From Magallana gigas (lineage: Eukaryota): a stretch of 64,000 nt of DNA. Position 1 is the first letter of the stretch; the number at the start of each line of letters is the position of its first letter. Where the stretch lies: positions 40,796,001-40,860,000 of the forward strand of contig NC_088856.1 in NCBI RefSeq assembly GCF_963853765.1. Direction: 5' to 3'. Of this stretch, positions 39,016 through 51,400 are shown piece by piece. Under the pieces are notes generated by a model. That model did not search any database. It was not told where the DNA came from and saw only the letters and a list, made by a program, of their open reading frames with translations. Made by a program: the position numbers and the translations under genes.

Positions 39016-39743
39016 ATTATAGTTGCGTTATTAACAAGTGCAAAACATATATAAAAATATTAATGTTGAACTACGCTAGAAAATATGTCAACTTCTGTAC
39101 CGTCATGGGAAATATAACCTATGTTTTTTTCTATTGTATCAAACAAAATTATTTTAACTTACTGTAAAGTCTGTAGCAAGGAAACCCGGTGACGCCTTCA
39201 GCTAGCTAGAGATCAGAGTGAGAAAATACGACACTTCCTTGTTGAGCTAAAATTAGATTTAAACCTTTTTCGTCTACATTGTTTTATAGAGGGTTTTAAT
39301 TCTTTGTGACGAGCCAAACCGTACAGACGAGTGTAAAGACAGGTTTCTTTTTTAATCAGCAGGCACGTAGCATCGGGTGGGGGGGGGGGGCTGCCCTCCC
39401 CCTCTCTACTTTCAAAAGAATCATCAGTAATCTATTTAATAATTAAAGCAATATGAGCTGTATTTTTAGAATTTTTTTTTGCTGCAAAAATCTGCTAGTA
39501 TATAGGATGAGTCTGCATGTAAATTAAACTCATATGATAAATTAGATTTGAAATAAATCATTAATCTTCGTCAGAAGAAAGATTTCTCTTCTAAGGAATA
39601 TATAGGAGATCAACTTTTGCACAGGTTGACACATCTTCGCTAGCCAAGGGTTTACGATCCACTCTGCTAGAGGAGCACAGTGGATCGTAAACCCTTGGCT
39701 AGCGAAGATGAGGATGACAATAATTCAATTTTGCTTCATTTAA

Positions 39744-40249
39744 CAGGTCTGAGAAAATGCAAGCACCAGACCATTTGGGAATTAACGTTAAGGAAATAAA
39801 CTAATGATTGTATGCGGTGATTTGAAATTCTATGTATAGTATTTTCACAATATGCTTTGAAAGTGTGTACTTCCTGTGTTCAGTTTTACAAATGACATAA
39901 ACTATTTACATCTGTTTCATTTAATAAAAATCACAAAAAAGTGATGTTTATTCCTCATTAAAACATTAATGTGAGAGTCTTCACATAAGATATTTTTCTT
40001 TAAAATCAGCCCTGCATTTATTAAAACTTAAATATTTATTAAATATTATCAATAAATATAATTATTAATAGCTGAATAAGGTGATATTTTTATTGTATAA
40101 TAATTATATTTTATTCATAGTAAACTCCCTTTGTAAAAACAGAGTTAATTGCCCTTCATCTGAAAAGATCCACCAGGGGGTGCAAACATCTATCCTCCAA
40201 TTTTGGAGGATAAAATCTATCCTCCATAAACGGAGGTTGCCTAGACCTG
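39744..40249. mobile_element. Internally deleted, inverted member of the same CAGGTCTAGG MITE family, TTTAA target duplication
   Basis: TTTAA at 39739-39743 and 40250-40254. The interior is reverse-complementary to parts of 38108-38855. Empty site cattgaaggc at ~25155 in unit 1. Confidence 0.8.
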
Positions 40250-42275
40250 TTTAAGGCTTCTTTACGGCTTTTCCAATAAAAATATGGCAAACAGAACCAT
40301 ATAACCATAATATTTTTGTCATTTTAGTAGAAAATAACATTTTTCGTTAAAAAAAATCAGCATGAAAATTGCAGCTCAAATTGCTTTAAATATCCGTAAA
40401 CCAAGTATAATTACTATTTTTAAGAATACATAAAAATTAGATGTAATGCTATGAGAATTAATAAAATTATTGGTTTGTATATTGAAGTCAAATACCTTCT
40501 GTAAGTATAACTAAAGGTACATGTACAATGTATTAGTATATACTGGTGTCTCTGCAAATTGATAACATGTAATACCATATACATGTACATGTATATTAGC
40601 TTCATGTACTAACATAATTAAGTGCGAAAACGTCTGAAAATACATTACTTACATGTATATATTTATGAGAAAAAGTGGTGAGGGGGGCTATTTCTTTTAT
40701 ATAATTCTAAATCAAAAACATCTTCCAAAGGCGAGAGTTTCTGGTCCGCTCCGCTCTACAGAAACGTGGGAAGGTATTATTGTAAGCTTTTAAATTGAGA
40801 TTTTTGTTGTTGTTGGTGTTTAATCATCAAAATCCCTTCAAAACTACATGTATATGATTAAATAGAAAGTTAACATAAAGACTAGAACATAAGAGAGATT
40901 GTAGATTTAATTTTGATTTTGACAGATTTGTGGTTATTTAAATTGCGTTGAAATTGCGATAAATGCTCACACTTGTTGCTGAAATTATTTGTTTACAAAG
41001 AAAAAAAACTATCGACAAACCCCGGGGGAATGTGACTAAAATGGATTTCAACTTTGGATCCACGGGTTTTCTTTATATACATGTGCTCAATTAAAACATT
41101 TTTACCAGTCTAATGTAGAGTTATCCCACGAATTCCCCCCCCCCCCAAAAAAAAAAAAAATGAAGATCTACTCACAATTTGCTCATTTTATTTACCATGC
41201 ATGCAGTGATCGACAACCTAAAAGGCACGTACATGTACCAAAGACATGTTATTTATGTCTCTGCATGTACGTAGCATCGTTTGTGAAAAAAAGGCAACTT
41301 CTCAAAATCACGAAAATCCTAATAGCAGAGCATAGCGTACCTATAATTAACTTCAGCCCTGCCCCCTTCCCCCCAATGCTTCGTGCCTGATTTAGGGGGT
41401 GTGCCCCTTTAAAAACATGTACATTGTACATCAGTAAATGATTGATTCATTCATTATGTCTACACGGCAAGCCCCGACGCCCCTCCCCCAGGTTCCGACG
41501 CCCATGGTTTTTTTTAAAGTGTGTAATGCAGTCAGGGTCGACTCGTATATATACTAACGTCCCTGATGCAGTGCAGTCCGCTGAATTTTCTATGAAGCAA
41601 TATTTTCGCGCCATTTAATTTGAATTTTGCTCTTTAGTAGAGGGAGATAAAAAGTTTAAGTCTGTAGGATGCAGCGAGGAAAGAAGGGGAAACAGGTTGC
41701 AAAGTGTTTAAAGTGATTTAATTACTTAATTTTTGGTTTGACATTTGAAATTAAGTCAACACACTGGTCAAAATTGAATAACATCTTGCAAATAACACTC
41801 TGTTTAGCTTCTTTTAAATTTTAACGTACACTAGGCTAATTCTAATTCGAGTTATTTTGTTGAACCATCTGAACGGTTGTTTCTACGCAAATTTTGCACA
41901 ATTTAACCTTAGATCGATTTTATAGTGTACGCTCATGTATTAGGGCCTATAAGGTAAAACGGCACTTAATTAGGCTGAATCTTGATTTAAAGAAAGCTGG
42001 TTCATTTTAAATGCAAAACATTTTTGATGCATTTTAGAATATCGTTAAGAAAACAGGGGTGGTAACTCAATGTTCTTGTATTGATGAACCATGTGACTTC
42101 CCATACAATATCGTTGCAAATTTTATCAAGAAAATATATTATAAAATGAAAATATATTTGAAAATCATGGAAGTTATGTATTATATATCTGTATAATCAT
42201 TTCAGGGTGAATTATTATGTTTTCATTTATAATGCCACTATTGCGTTTGCCTTGAGAGCAGAGACATAATAAATT

Positions 42276-42706
42276 ATAACAGAGATTGGCAGCTGATCGA
42301 AATCCTGCGGTCCTTATTGTAAAGTGTTTTTAGTTTAAATCAGTATATCTTTCTAATAAACAATTATATAGAAATATAAACAGCTAAAACCTATTACCAA
42401 AAACATTCAAAAAATGATATTTTCATTTGTTTATGTCAATTATAAACAATATTAATTAACGTCCGAGATTTCGCCGATGATTTATACATGTAGCTGGCCA
42501 ATATATTTTCTATATATTAATCTTATTTTTCAATTTTTTGTTTCCAAAATGTCTAAAACCTATGCACACTTTTCATTAAAACAATATACTTTTGGTTTAA
42601 GATCATTATCTCAGTTCACTAAAATGTAGTTCTCAAAGTAAGGTCCGTCCTGTACCATTTTTCAACAACAAAACACGCTAATGGCGGAGTTCCCAATCTC
42701 TGTTAT
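42276..42706. mobile_element. MITE with 14-bp inverted repeats ATAACAGAGATTGG
   Basis: ataacagagattgg (42276-42289) and ccaatctctgttat (42693-42706). Confidence 0.55.
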
Positions 42707-43307
42707 TTATATCTCTGCTTGAGAGTAAAAAAACATTTATACAGTTACAAACATTATATTCAAATCACATTTCTCTTTACATGTGTAAGAATAATAATTG
42801 TAAGTACAATTGCAATTCATGTACTAAAAGTAATGTTTATTCATGCCCTGCTGTTTCGGAAATCAACAATGCAATGCGATATATTATATTTATCATGTTT
42901 ATTGCATGTACTGTAATGCTTTCGCATTACATTAACAGAGCTGACAAATGATATAACATGCTGATCATTCCTTTAAAAAAAATACTTGTTTCTTCCATGG
43001 CCTCATATGTCCTCCTGGGCACGGAGAGGATAAGACGAAGATATTCTTTGTGTAATGCATGTGTCATTGTTAGGAAAAAGCGTAATGAGTTACTTTTCAA
43101 GTCTGTTAAAATTACTGTTTAAGTCTTTCCAATAACCAAGGGATACTGGAACAGCGTCGTGCAAAGACTGTAGATCTAATGATCGACGTATCTTACATGT
43201 ATAGTGAAATGAATTATTTATTGTGCAGTTTAGTGATTTTGATTAGAGTAAATAAAAAATCATATCTATCAATGTCAAAATTTCTCCTTTTTTATGTAGG
43301 TAACTTA

Positions 43308-44621
43308 ATGACCATGTCAAATCAGGAGTTTTCAGTAACTGGATTATGAATAAGTAGGGCCTCACAGGGGGTACCTAAACACCAGCAGATCCAAGAAAAC
43401 CAGAAAAATCCAGTGCGGTTCCAGATTCCTCCGGCATCCGCATGGACGAAAAATGACCTCACTCGCAGAGTTCAGCAGGAAGTCACAGCAACTCCATTGG
43501 CAAAGCAAATCGAACAAATGGTCCAGTTCTGGTCTCCGCAGGAGTCCTACTCTTCTCAATCAGCTGTCAATCAAAATGAAGAGGGTGGATACAATCGACA
43601 GGTGCTGCATGAAGATGAGAACTCAAATGTGGAGGGAGAGGCTCACTCAATGGATGTGTTGTCGAGTCTGTCTGGGTCAGTGTTATACTCGGGGTGGCAC
43701 AACTACTACGCCAAGGCTTACTCCATGTAGGTAGTTTGGTATTTTATAGACTAACAATTCCAATTTCCTCGCTCAAGTTACTAACAGATTATTATTCAAA
43801 ATGTATTCCTATCTCATCTTGGTTAATGTCGAATGACGAGAGTTTAGTATTTTATTGACAGTCTGGGTATACAATTTTAATTTATTAATATAAGTTACAG
43901 AATATTACTCAAAATGTATTCCTATCTCATCTTGGTTATCTTTGTACGATTACAGGTGCCTCGCTTCTCTTTCTTCCTTTTGCTCACTAGGCCAAAACTA
44001 GCACTTAACATTTAAATATGCATAACTTTACTAAAATTAAAAAAAATCTTTGCTGACATATTTAATACGTTAACAACAAACTTGTTGACAAACTGAACAT
44101 GCTGCAAGACAAAAACCAGTACCAGCAGTCTCTTTGTGATTTACTCAACAACCCACACGCTGACGCCGCCTGACTGATGGCTTTAAGAACTAGTGCAGTG
44201 GAGAGAACTACACGGTAGTCCTCATCACGCGATGAACTGTCCTCACTCTCAAATTTATGATTCAATTCCACAAAAAAAACCCCAAAAAAACCAACAAAAT
44301 TTCTTCATACTTGGGGTTTTAATCAAATTTAGTATACGGCAAAAGATAGGTTTAAAGTGAACTGAAGCTAAAAGAAAGTTTAATGTTTAATAATATTGTC
44401 TTCAAATTTTGACAAATTACCATTAATTAGGTTGACTACACAGTCCACCAGTATCCTTGTAGTGAGCGAGGTCCCCTCTCTGAGAGGTAACACCACAATA
44501 GGCTCCTCAGCTGAGGTTACTGGGTAGGACCTCACTGGCTCCTCCAGAGAAACAGACTCCTTGAGGTCCTGGTTGTGAAACATGAAGCATTGTGATTTGA
44601 TGTGGGTGAAGGTTTGTTCCT
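43308..44621 (+). pseudogene. Degraded coding-like segments of an unidentified gene or transposon ORF
   Basis: Three GC-richer blocks (~43308-43730, ~44068-44250, ~44421-44621) read as protein-like text with scattered stops (...FQIPPASAWTKNDLTRRVQQEV...; VDYTVHQYP...GYWVGPHWLLQRNRLLEVLVV). No family recognised. Confidence 0.3.
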
Positions 44622-46195
44622 AATCGCACTTCAGAAAACCTGAAAAAATACGATATCTATCATATTCTGTTAAAATTGATTTATGACTAAGCTAGACACA
44701 TTTATTTTTTTTTTCTTCTCTTCATTAACTTCTATACATGGTTCAATAATACATATATGATAATTGGTGTACTGTTGTTTATACTTTACAGAAAACTAAA
44801 AATGGTTGACAATGATACATGTAATTCAAAACAAGAGCATTTACAGTAACTGTTACAGTAGTACATTGTAATACTAGAATATTATGATTTTACCCCATAG
44901 ATTCTGATCATGAGACCAATATGTTCAGCTTTGGTTTTGTCTACACTCCTAAACTTTTAATAAAAAAATCATCTTATTTTTTTTAATCACTTTTTAAAAC
45001 ATTAACTACAGGTGATTTATTGCTTTGTGTTTGTCATAAGTTGTAGATCTTTTTTTGACAGAGAGAGTGAACAAGCTTTCTGAAAACAAAGACAATGGGT
45101 AGAATCAAAAACCTTAGAATTTACATGCTATAAAACTTTCCCTAAAGCTGGCATATGGGTATAGTCCACTAATGCATTTTCCATAGGCGGTAATGTTAAC
45201 GTTATGGTTCAAAGCTCCGGCCCTAATTTTCGTTCAGCAATGAGGGACCTCTTGAATGAAAGCTCATCAAATTGTCTCTTTCCTGTTAAAATTTCTTGGT
45301 TTGAAGTCAGATTCGTTTTCCGGCAAAATGCGTCTGTATTGAAAAACTCTGAAAATGAAAGTAAAAGTAGGGAATTTCTCAGTTTTGGAAAGGGTGTACA
45401 TCAAACAATTTCATTTCTTTTCTTCAAATGATAATTCAATTTTGACACTGCATATCCTCTTTTCTGACATGTGTCGAGCATTCTGATTTAAAATGTCCCA
45501 ATAAATGTATATACACTCGGCAAGTACAGGGACTATTTTGCTTAAAGGCACTACTTTGTTGTCCTACCGATTCTAAAAATAGTTAGAGGGATATACCCAT
45601 GTTATATAAAACAGTCATTGTGGTTATTTACAATTCTGAGTTTATATATTCACCCAAGACACTATACAGAACCATGATTCCAAATTTGGAAAAATTCAAT
45701 ACATAATGCATGAAATTTGAAGAAACAGTCCAGTCATAATTTACCTAAACAACATATAGCTCATTGGCACTCGATGCACTTTAAATTGCATAAATTGAGG
45801 AAACTTAATCTCAAGGATTAAAATACATGTAAAACATAAACATTCAATACTTTACCAAATTTATTTTGTTCATATTGTTATGAAAAAGCTCAATTATGTC
45901 TGATTTTATAAAAATTTTGTTTTTCTTTAGTTACAAAAAAGAATTGTTTTCAAACACAACGAAAAAGGTAAAATAAAAAAGTATAGGAATTTCCCTATCC
46001 ATCGAGGTATTATATATAATAAAGTTATATGACTCTATAAAGTGAGGCCCTCAATTCAGATTTTGCTCCATTTTGATGCTAGTTTGAGATTACCTCGCCT
46101 TTGACGTCATAATGACGTCACAGTGATGAGTTGTTTTTACTCATATAAGTGTAATATTTGCTGAACTTTTATTTCAGCCTAATTTCAGAACAAAT

Positions 46196-46710
46196 TGTGA
46201 TCCTTCTGTTGTTATTCTTTAGACTTTTGAAATCATAAGTCAGTTGGAGTTTTATGATATTTATTAAGCACTGTAATCGTATAGTGGTATAAAAGCAATA
46301 TATAATCAATCTGCTATCAATCCAAAATCCATCTCCTCATTATTAATCAAATCATAAGTATATAAATCAGTGAAATAAAATAATCAATTGTTAGAACATC
46401 CTTTCGGGTCACAGTTCATAAGTGACTTATAACAAAGTCCATTGTTAAAGGTTAATTACAATTAAGAGTCTTGCATCCGTTGACCGCTTTCCAAAGTCCA
46501 ATCATCATCGAGAGTTTTATTCTTCCTGGTCATTCCGCTCACACCACGAGTTCTAACTACGCAGTTGTCCCTTTCGGTCAATGACCTTTAACATTGTTCA
46601 CTATACACTTATTTCGTATCGAGTGCACAACAAGCTAATGACTAATTAACGTAAAGCAGAATACAATCATAATATTATATTTCATATATATATACGGCTA
46701 TCTGGTTACA
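46196..46710 (-). repeat. 3' LTR (515 bp)
   Basis: Matches 53989-54255 plus 63015-63260. By eye there is one substitution (46434 A vs 54227 G) and one TA-unit difference. Minus-strand AATAAA at 46260-46265. Confidence 0.95.
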
Positions 46711-46722
46711 TACGTCCCCCTA
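46711..46722 (-). other. Polypurine tract
   Basis: Minus-strand TAGGGGGACGTA directly before the TGTAACC start of the 3' LTR. Confidence 0.7.
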
Positions 46723-47466
46723 ACAAAAGAAATATCCCCGAGGGAGATTTTTTTCGCCAGGTGCCCGGTGTGAGAAATTATCCTTCAAACTCTTCTAGGT
46801 CAGATGAACTTCCTGGTGACACACCGGTCAGAACATCTATGTTAAGAGGTTGAATGAAGTGACCAATTTCCTATACCGGCTTGAGACACAATAATAGTAT
46901 GTCAACAAATATGTATACTTCACTCCTGACAATATATAATTGTTTAGCAATTCATGCAAAAGTCAGTAATAATCATATATACTTTTGACAACAATAGTAA
47001 TCAATACAAAATATTCAAAATCAAATATAATTGCAATTAAATGCAATCAGAATTGTCCAATGTTCAAAGTTCCACACAGGTAACATATAAAGTCCATTAT
47101 AAAATGTTAATTCAAGCATAAGCGCCGCTAGAATTATGATAAAATACATAAGCATATATAAATGTTACACAGTCCAGCGTACATAAAAGTTACACTAAAG
47201 TTATCGGTTTCACACAATTGCATCCATTTCGAATAATCGGAACGATAATCAAGAAAACGTTGTGTAATTCGGATTCGAAGAATTCCATCCGCATTTCTCA
47301 GCTCACCACATTTGATTTCAAATATAACATTTCATAATTATTTCAATAACATTTTTCATTTTTCACAAATTGCAACATATTGAATACACAATTTATATAA
47401 GCACACCAACGGCACTTCCTGCGCGGATGGCGAGTTTGCTCCTCGCGGAACATCGACTGCGTTCCT

Positions 47467-48117
47467 CTATTTCTTAGACATCAACGCCCTTTCTGCAAGG
47501 TATTCGCGTGCCAAGTCCGGGTCTGGTCCATAGCGTTCAGGCCTCGGATAATCGGAGTTCCTATTCTCTCCGGTCAACTGGTATGCTAATTCTTCAGTGA
47601 TTGGTCCAATAGCGTGAGCGTCTGCAATTGATCGTCGTGGTTTTCCATAACGGCGAGGTCTCTTTGGGGTTGTAGTGTCCTTTACTATGGGGTTCATTTC
47701 AATAGTCTCTTGGGAATTTCGTTGATCAGGATTAACACCAGACAAATTGTCTCTGCCAGAACTTTCCTCATCCCCGTCACCACCCCTTTTTCGACAACCC
47801 GACCAGCAACCACGGCACTTATATCCTAACTTTTTGATAGTTTTACGTTTCATTATACATATTCCAAATACAATCATTATTGCCAAAATCAAAAATACAT
47901 AAAACCAAAGACTTCCCACCCAAGGTAATGATTCCATAGATTGTAGCTCATTGTTTACTGGCAATTCCGCCATTATTGTGTCCATAGGGAAAACCTTAAT
48001 ATCCTTTAATTTATCGGGGATCTTAATGTGTCCCATCCCCGGAAATTTGATGTTAAGGGGATCCCAAAGTGTGTATGTGTTTATGCCATCAATAACATTT
48101 TGAAAGGAGTCCGACAT
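47467..48117 (-). CDS. env: Env-like ORF3 (216 aa; transmembrane helix plus basic/Cys cytoplasmic tail), probably a C-terminal remnant
   Basis: Lies between pol and the 3' LTR. Hydrophobic LWFYVFLILAIMIVFGICIM is followed by KRKTIKKLGYKCRGCWSGC. A signal-peptide-like stretch (VVLVFMVHYYFLLTII) lies just upstream in another frame. Confidence 0.55.
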   Translation of the reverse strand: MSDSFQNVIDGINTYTLWDPLNIKFPGMGHIKIPDKLKDIKVFPMDTIMAELPVNNELQSMESLPWVGSLWFYVFLILAIMIVFGICIMKRKTIKKLGYKCRGCWSGCRKRGGDGDEESSGRDNLSGVNPDQRNSQETIEMNPIVKDTTTPKRPRRYGKPRRSIADAHAIGPITEELAYQLTGENRNSDYPRPERYGPDPDLAREYLAERALMSKK

Positions 48118-48436
48118 ATTAAATTGACTTTCTCGATTATAGTAAGGAGGAAGTAATAATGAACCATGAAAACCAGAACAACCTTATCCAAACTCAAGAT
48201 GTTTATCTTTACATTTATTATTTTACCAGTAATTTTAAATTTCTTACAACGACAAAGTTTTACGGTTTCTTTACATAATCGCGGGTTCCGATATTTCGAA
48301 TATGTGTAATCTCTGTTACGTCTGCGGTATTTCATTATCAGTCAAAATGTCAAAGGGACCACACTACTGTACCTATTCAAAAGCGAGCAATACATACAAA
48401 GCAAGTTTACTCATTATTATTTATATTTACAACACA

Positions 48437-51400
48437 TTATACAATTGCTTTAATCATGTCGGCCATTATAGCAAAACAATTTTCTATGTGCTGTTGTTTA
48501 CTAACAGCTATATTCTTACGAGGTTTGGGGACTGGTTTACGCGGTTTGGGAATTGGTTTACGGGTGAAGCCTAGACCTACTTTAGAATTTATTTCACCAA
48601 TTTCCATATCCTCGTCTAAGGGTATAGCTGGGGTATTTATAGGTATCTCATAATTTTGCTCATGATATTCGCTTTGTTCTGACTCAGGGTTCTCATCCGA
48701 TTCTGACTCAACAGTCTGTTCATGCTCGTCCTTACTCTGTCGACCATCCATGATCTGTTTAGCTCTTATGCGTCTCTGAAGTTCAGCTAAGGGTATATCT
48801 TCTTCGTCTGAAGAATTTTCTCTCTCTTGTTGTTTAAACCGAATAGCTCTTTCTAATGGCTCTGGCTGCACCTCGCCATCATCTTCCGAAGATGATTCCT
48901 CCTCAGGTGGTACCACATAATTGGTTTTTCTCAGAGTTCTTCCACCTTCTTCAATATCTTGTGAGAGGGGCCAGTGCGAAATATCTGCCAATCTCAATTG
49001 TCGTGCATGGCACTTGGTGATAGATCCAGTTAATTGATCCTTCACCACAAAACTGACTGGTCCTTTCTGTTCAATAATTCGGTAATAGGGGAGCCACTTT
49101 TTATCTAGTTTGTTTTGTCTCCTGTTGTTCTTGAGATAGACTGGGTCTCCTACCTGGAAATCTTCATCTTTGCTCTTCTTATCAGCCTGGGCTTTCTGTT
49201 TCTTCTTGGCTTCTTTCATATTTCGATGTACTAGCATAAACGCCTTGTGCTGTTCTTGAAGGGCGATTTTATGTTGATCTTCTCCTGCATATCTTCGACG
49301 AGGTTTCAGTAAAGTATCAAGAGGTAATACAACGTCTCTATTGTACATCAGGTAGTATGGGGAAAACTTTGAAGATTCATTCGGGTGAAATCGAATAGCT
49401 GCCAATGTTTGGTTAAGATGAATATCCCATGTTTGAGCGTTGTCTGTTATCTTCTTAGCCATTACGTCATGAAGAGTGCGGTGGAATCTCTCTACTTTGC
49501 CGTTGCCTTGAGGACTGTAGTAAGATGTTGTGATGTGGTTAATGTTGAGTTCTTTCAAGGTTTCTTGTACCTTTTGATTCACATTCTCTGTTCCATTGTC
49601 TGTGAGAATTTGAAGAGGACAGCCATATCTGGGGTATATTTCTTCTAATATAAGGTGCACTATATTGTCAGCTGACTTGTCAGGAACGGGGAAGGCTTCC
49701 GGCCATCCAGAGTAAATGTCAATGAAAGAAACTATATACTTGTTTCCTGTCAGTGGAGTTGGATATGGCCCTGACAAATCGAGTCCTACCTTAGCCATTG
49801 GAAAAGGTGGTATGTCTGTCTCTTGAAGTGGAGGTTGAGTTCTCTTATTGCTCCTCGTTTGGCATATTACGCATCCTTCTATATAAGAATATAACCTCTT
49901 GTATAAGTTTGGCATATCATATTTTTGTCTGATTACATCATACGTTTTGTCCACTCCCATGTGTCCAAGTCCATCATGGTATTGTTGTACTACCAAAAGT
50001 TCTAACTCACGTGGTATATACTGGCGCAGTCTCGGACCTTCAGAATCTCCATCTGAAAGATAGTACATTAGGCCATCTATTTCAAGAAACTTCTTTTCTT
50101 CGGTCGCCGTTGCTTTTCCTTTACTCAACCTATTTCTCAGCTTTTTGATCTGCTCATCATTTTGTTGGCTTTCCTTTATGTTTATTTCTTCCGGTAAGTC
50201 GATGAAAGGCTTGAGCAATTCGTCCTGCTGTTTAACTTCGCACCTGGCTAATCTTTTAGGTGAGAAAGCATTTGAGTTTAATACGTTAACTTCAAAGAAA
50301 TTGTCTTTAACATCCGGTTCATCACACTCAGATTTTTCTTCCTCTTCATCATCAGAAATAGCGGACGGTAACCTGGATAAAAGATCCGCACAGCAATTGA
50401 ACCTTCCTTCTATGTACTCTACCTTGCAGTTATACCCAGCGATACTCAAAGCCCATAGTTGAATCTTTTTATTTTGCATAGGGGATTCTAAAATATATTT
50501 GAGCGGTTTGTGATCTGTCCGTATAGTAAACTCAGCACTGTGCAGGTAATGGTCCAGCTTCTGGAGGGCGTAGTGGATTGCAAATGCCTCCTTTTCTATG
50601 GTTGACCATTTCACCTGGGTTTTACTCAGCTTGTGGGATAGATAGTATATCGGCTTATCTTCTCCTTCGTCAGTCTTTTGGGTGAGACAAGCTCCTATAC
50701 AATTGTCGCTGGCATCGGTATACAAGATGTATGGCTTATTAGTATCTGGATAAGCTAATAAAGGCACTACTGTTAAACTCTCTTTAAGGAAGTCAAACGC
50801 TTCTTGACAGCATGATGTCCACTTGAATCTGGCATACTTCCTGGTTAAGTCGATCAATGGTTCCGCAATCTTTGAGAAATTTGGTATAAATCTTCTATAA
50901 TAACTGCACATACCTATAAAACCACGGACTTCTCGAACTGAAATGGGGGCTGGAAGTTTTTTAATGGCTTCCACTTTCTTCGGATCCGGTTTGACGCCAT
51001 GTTCATTGATAATAAAACCAAGATATTCAGTCTGCTCTTTGAAGAAGCTACACTTCTTTAACTTCAGCTTTAGTCCATGCGTCCTTAGACGATCAAACAC
51101 TTCCTGGATATGACGGAGGTGATCTTCCGGTGTTTCTGAGAATATGAGTATATCGTCCAGGTATGCGATAGCAAACTCCTCTTGTCCTTGTAGAACGATG
51201 TTCATGAGTTCTTGGAAGACTGCTGGGGCATTACTTAATCCAAATGGCATCCTATTAAATTGAAACAATCCCTTGTGGCATGCAAAAGCTGTCTTTTCTT
51301 TACTTGACTCTTCTAATTTTACCTGCCAATATCCACTCTTTAAATCTAGTGCAGTAAAGTACCTGGCCTTACCGAGCAAACAAAGAATGTCATCAATCAA

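Larger units (their letters stand above)
26475..40660 (+). repeat. Segmental duplicate unit 2 (MAM exons 4-5, private insertions, intact TRIM-like copy 3)
   Basis: Colinear with 13755-25560, plus extra segments at ~29305-32435, 32493-33126, 34264-35851 and 39744-40249. Confidence 0.85.

Noticed and set aside
46270-46290. A tRNA gene inside the LTR
   Set aside because: Only about 16 nt resemble a tRNA 5' end; no anticodon arm, T-arm or B-box follows. Kept only as a complementarity finding.
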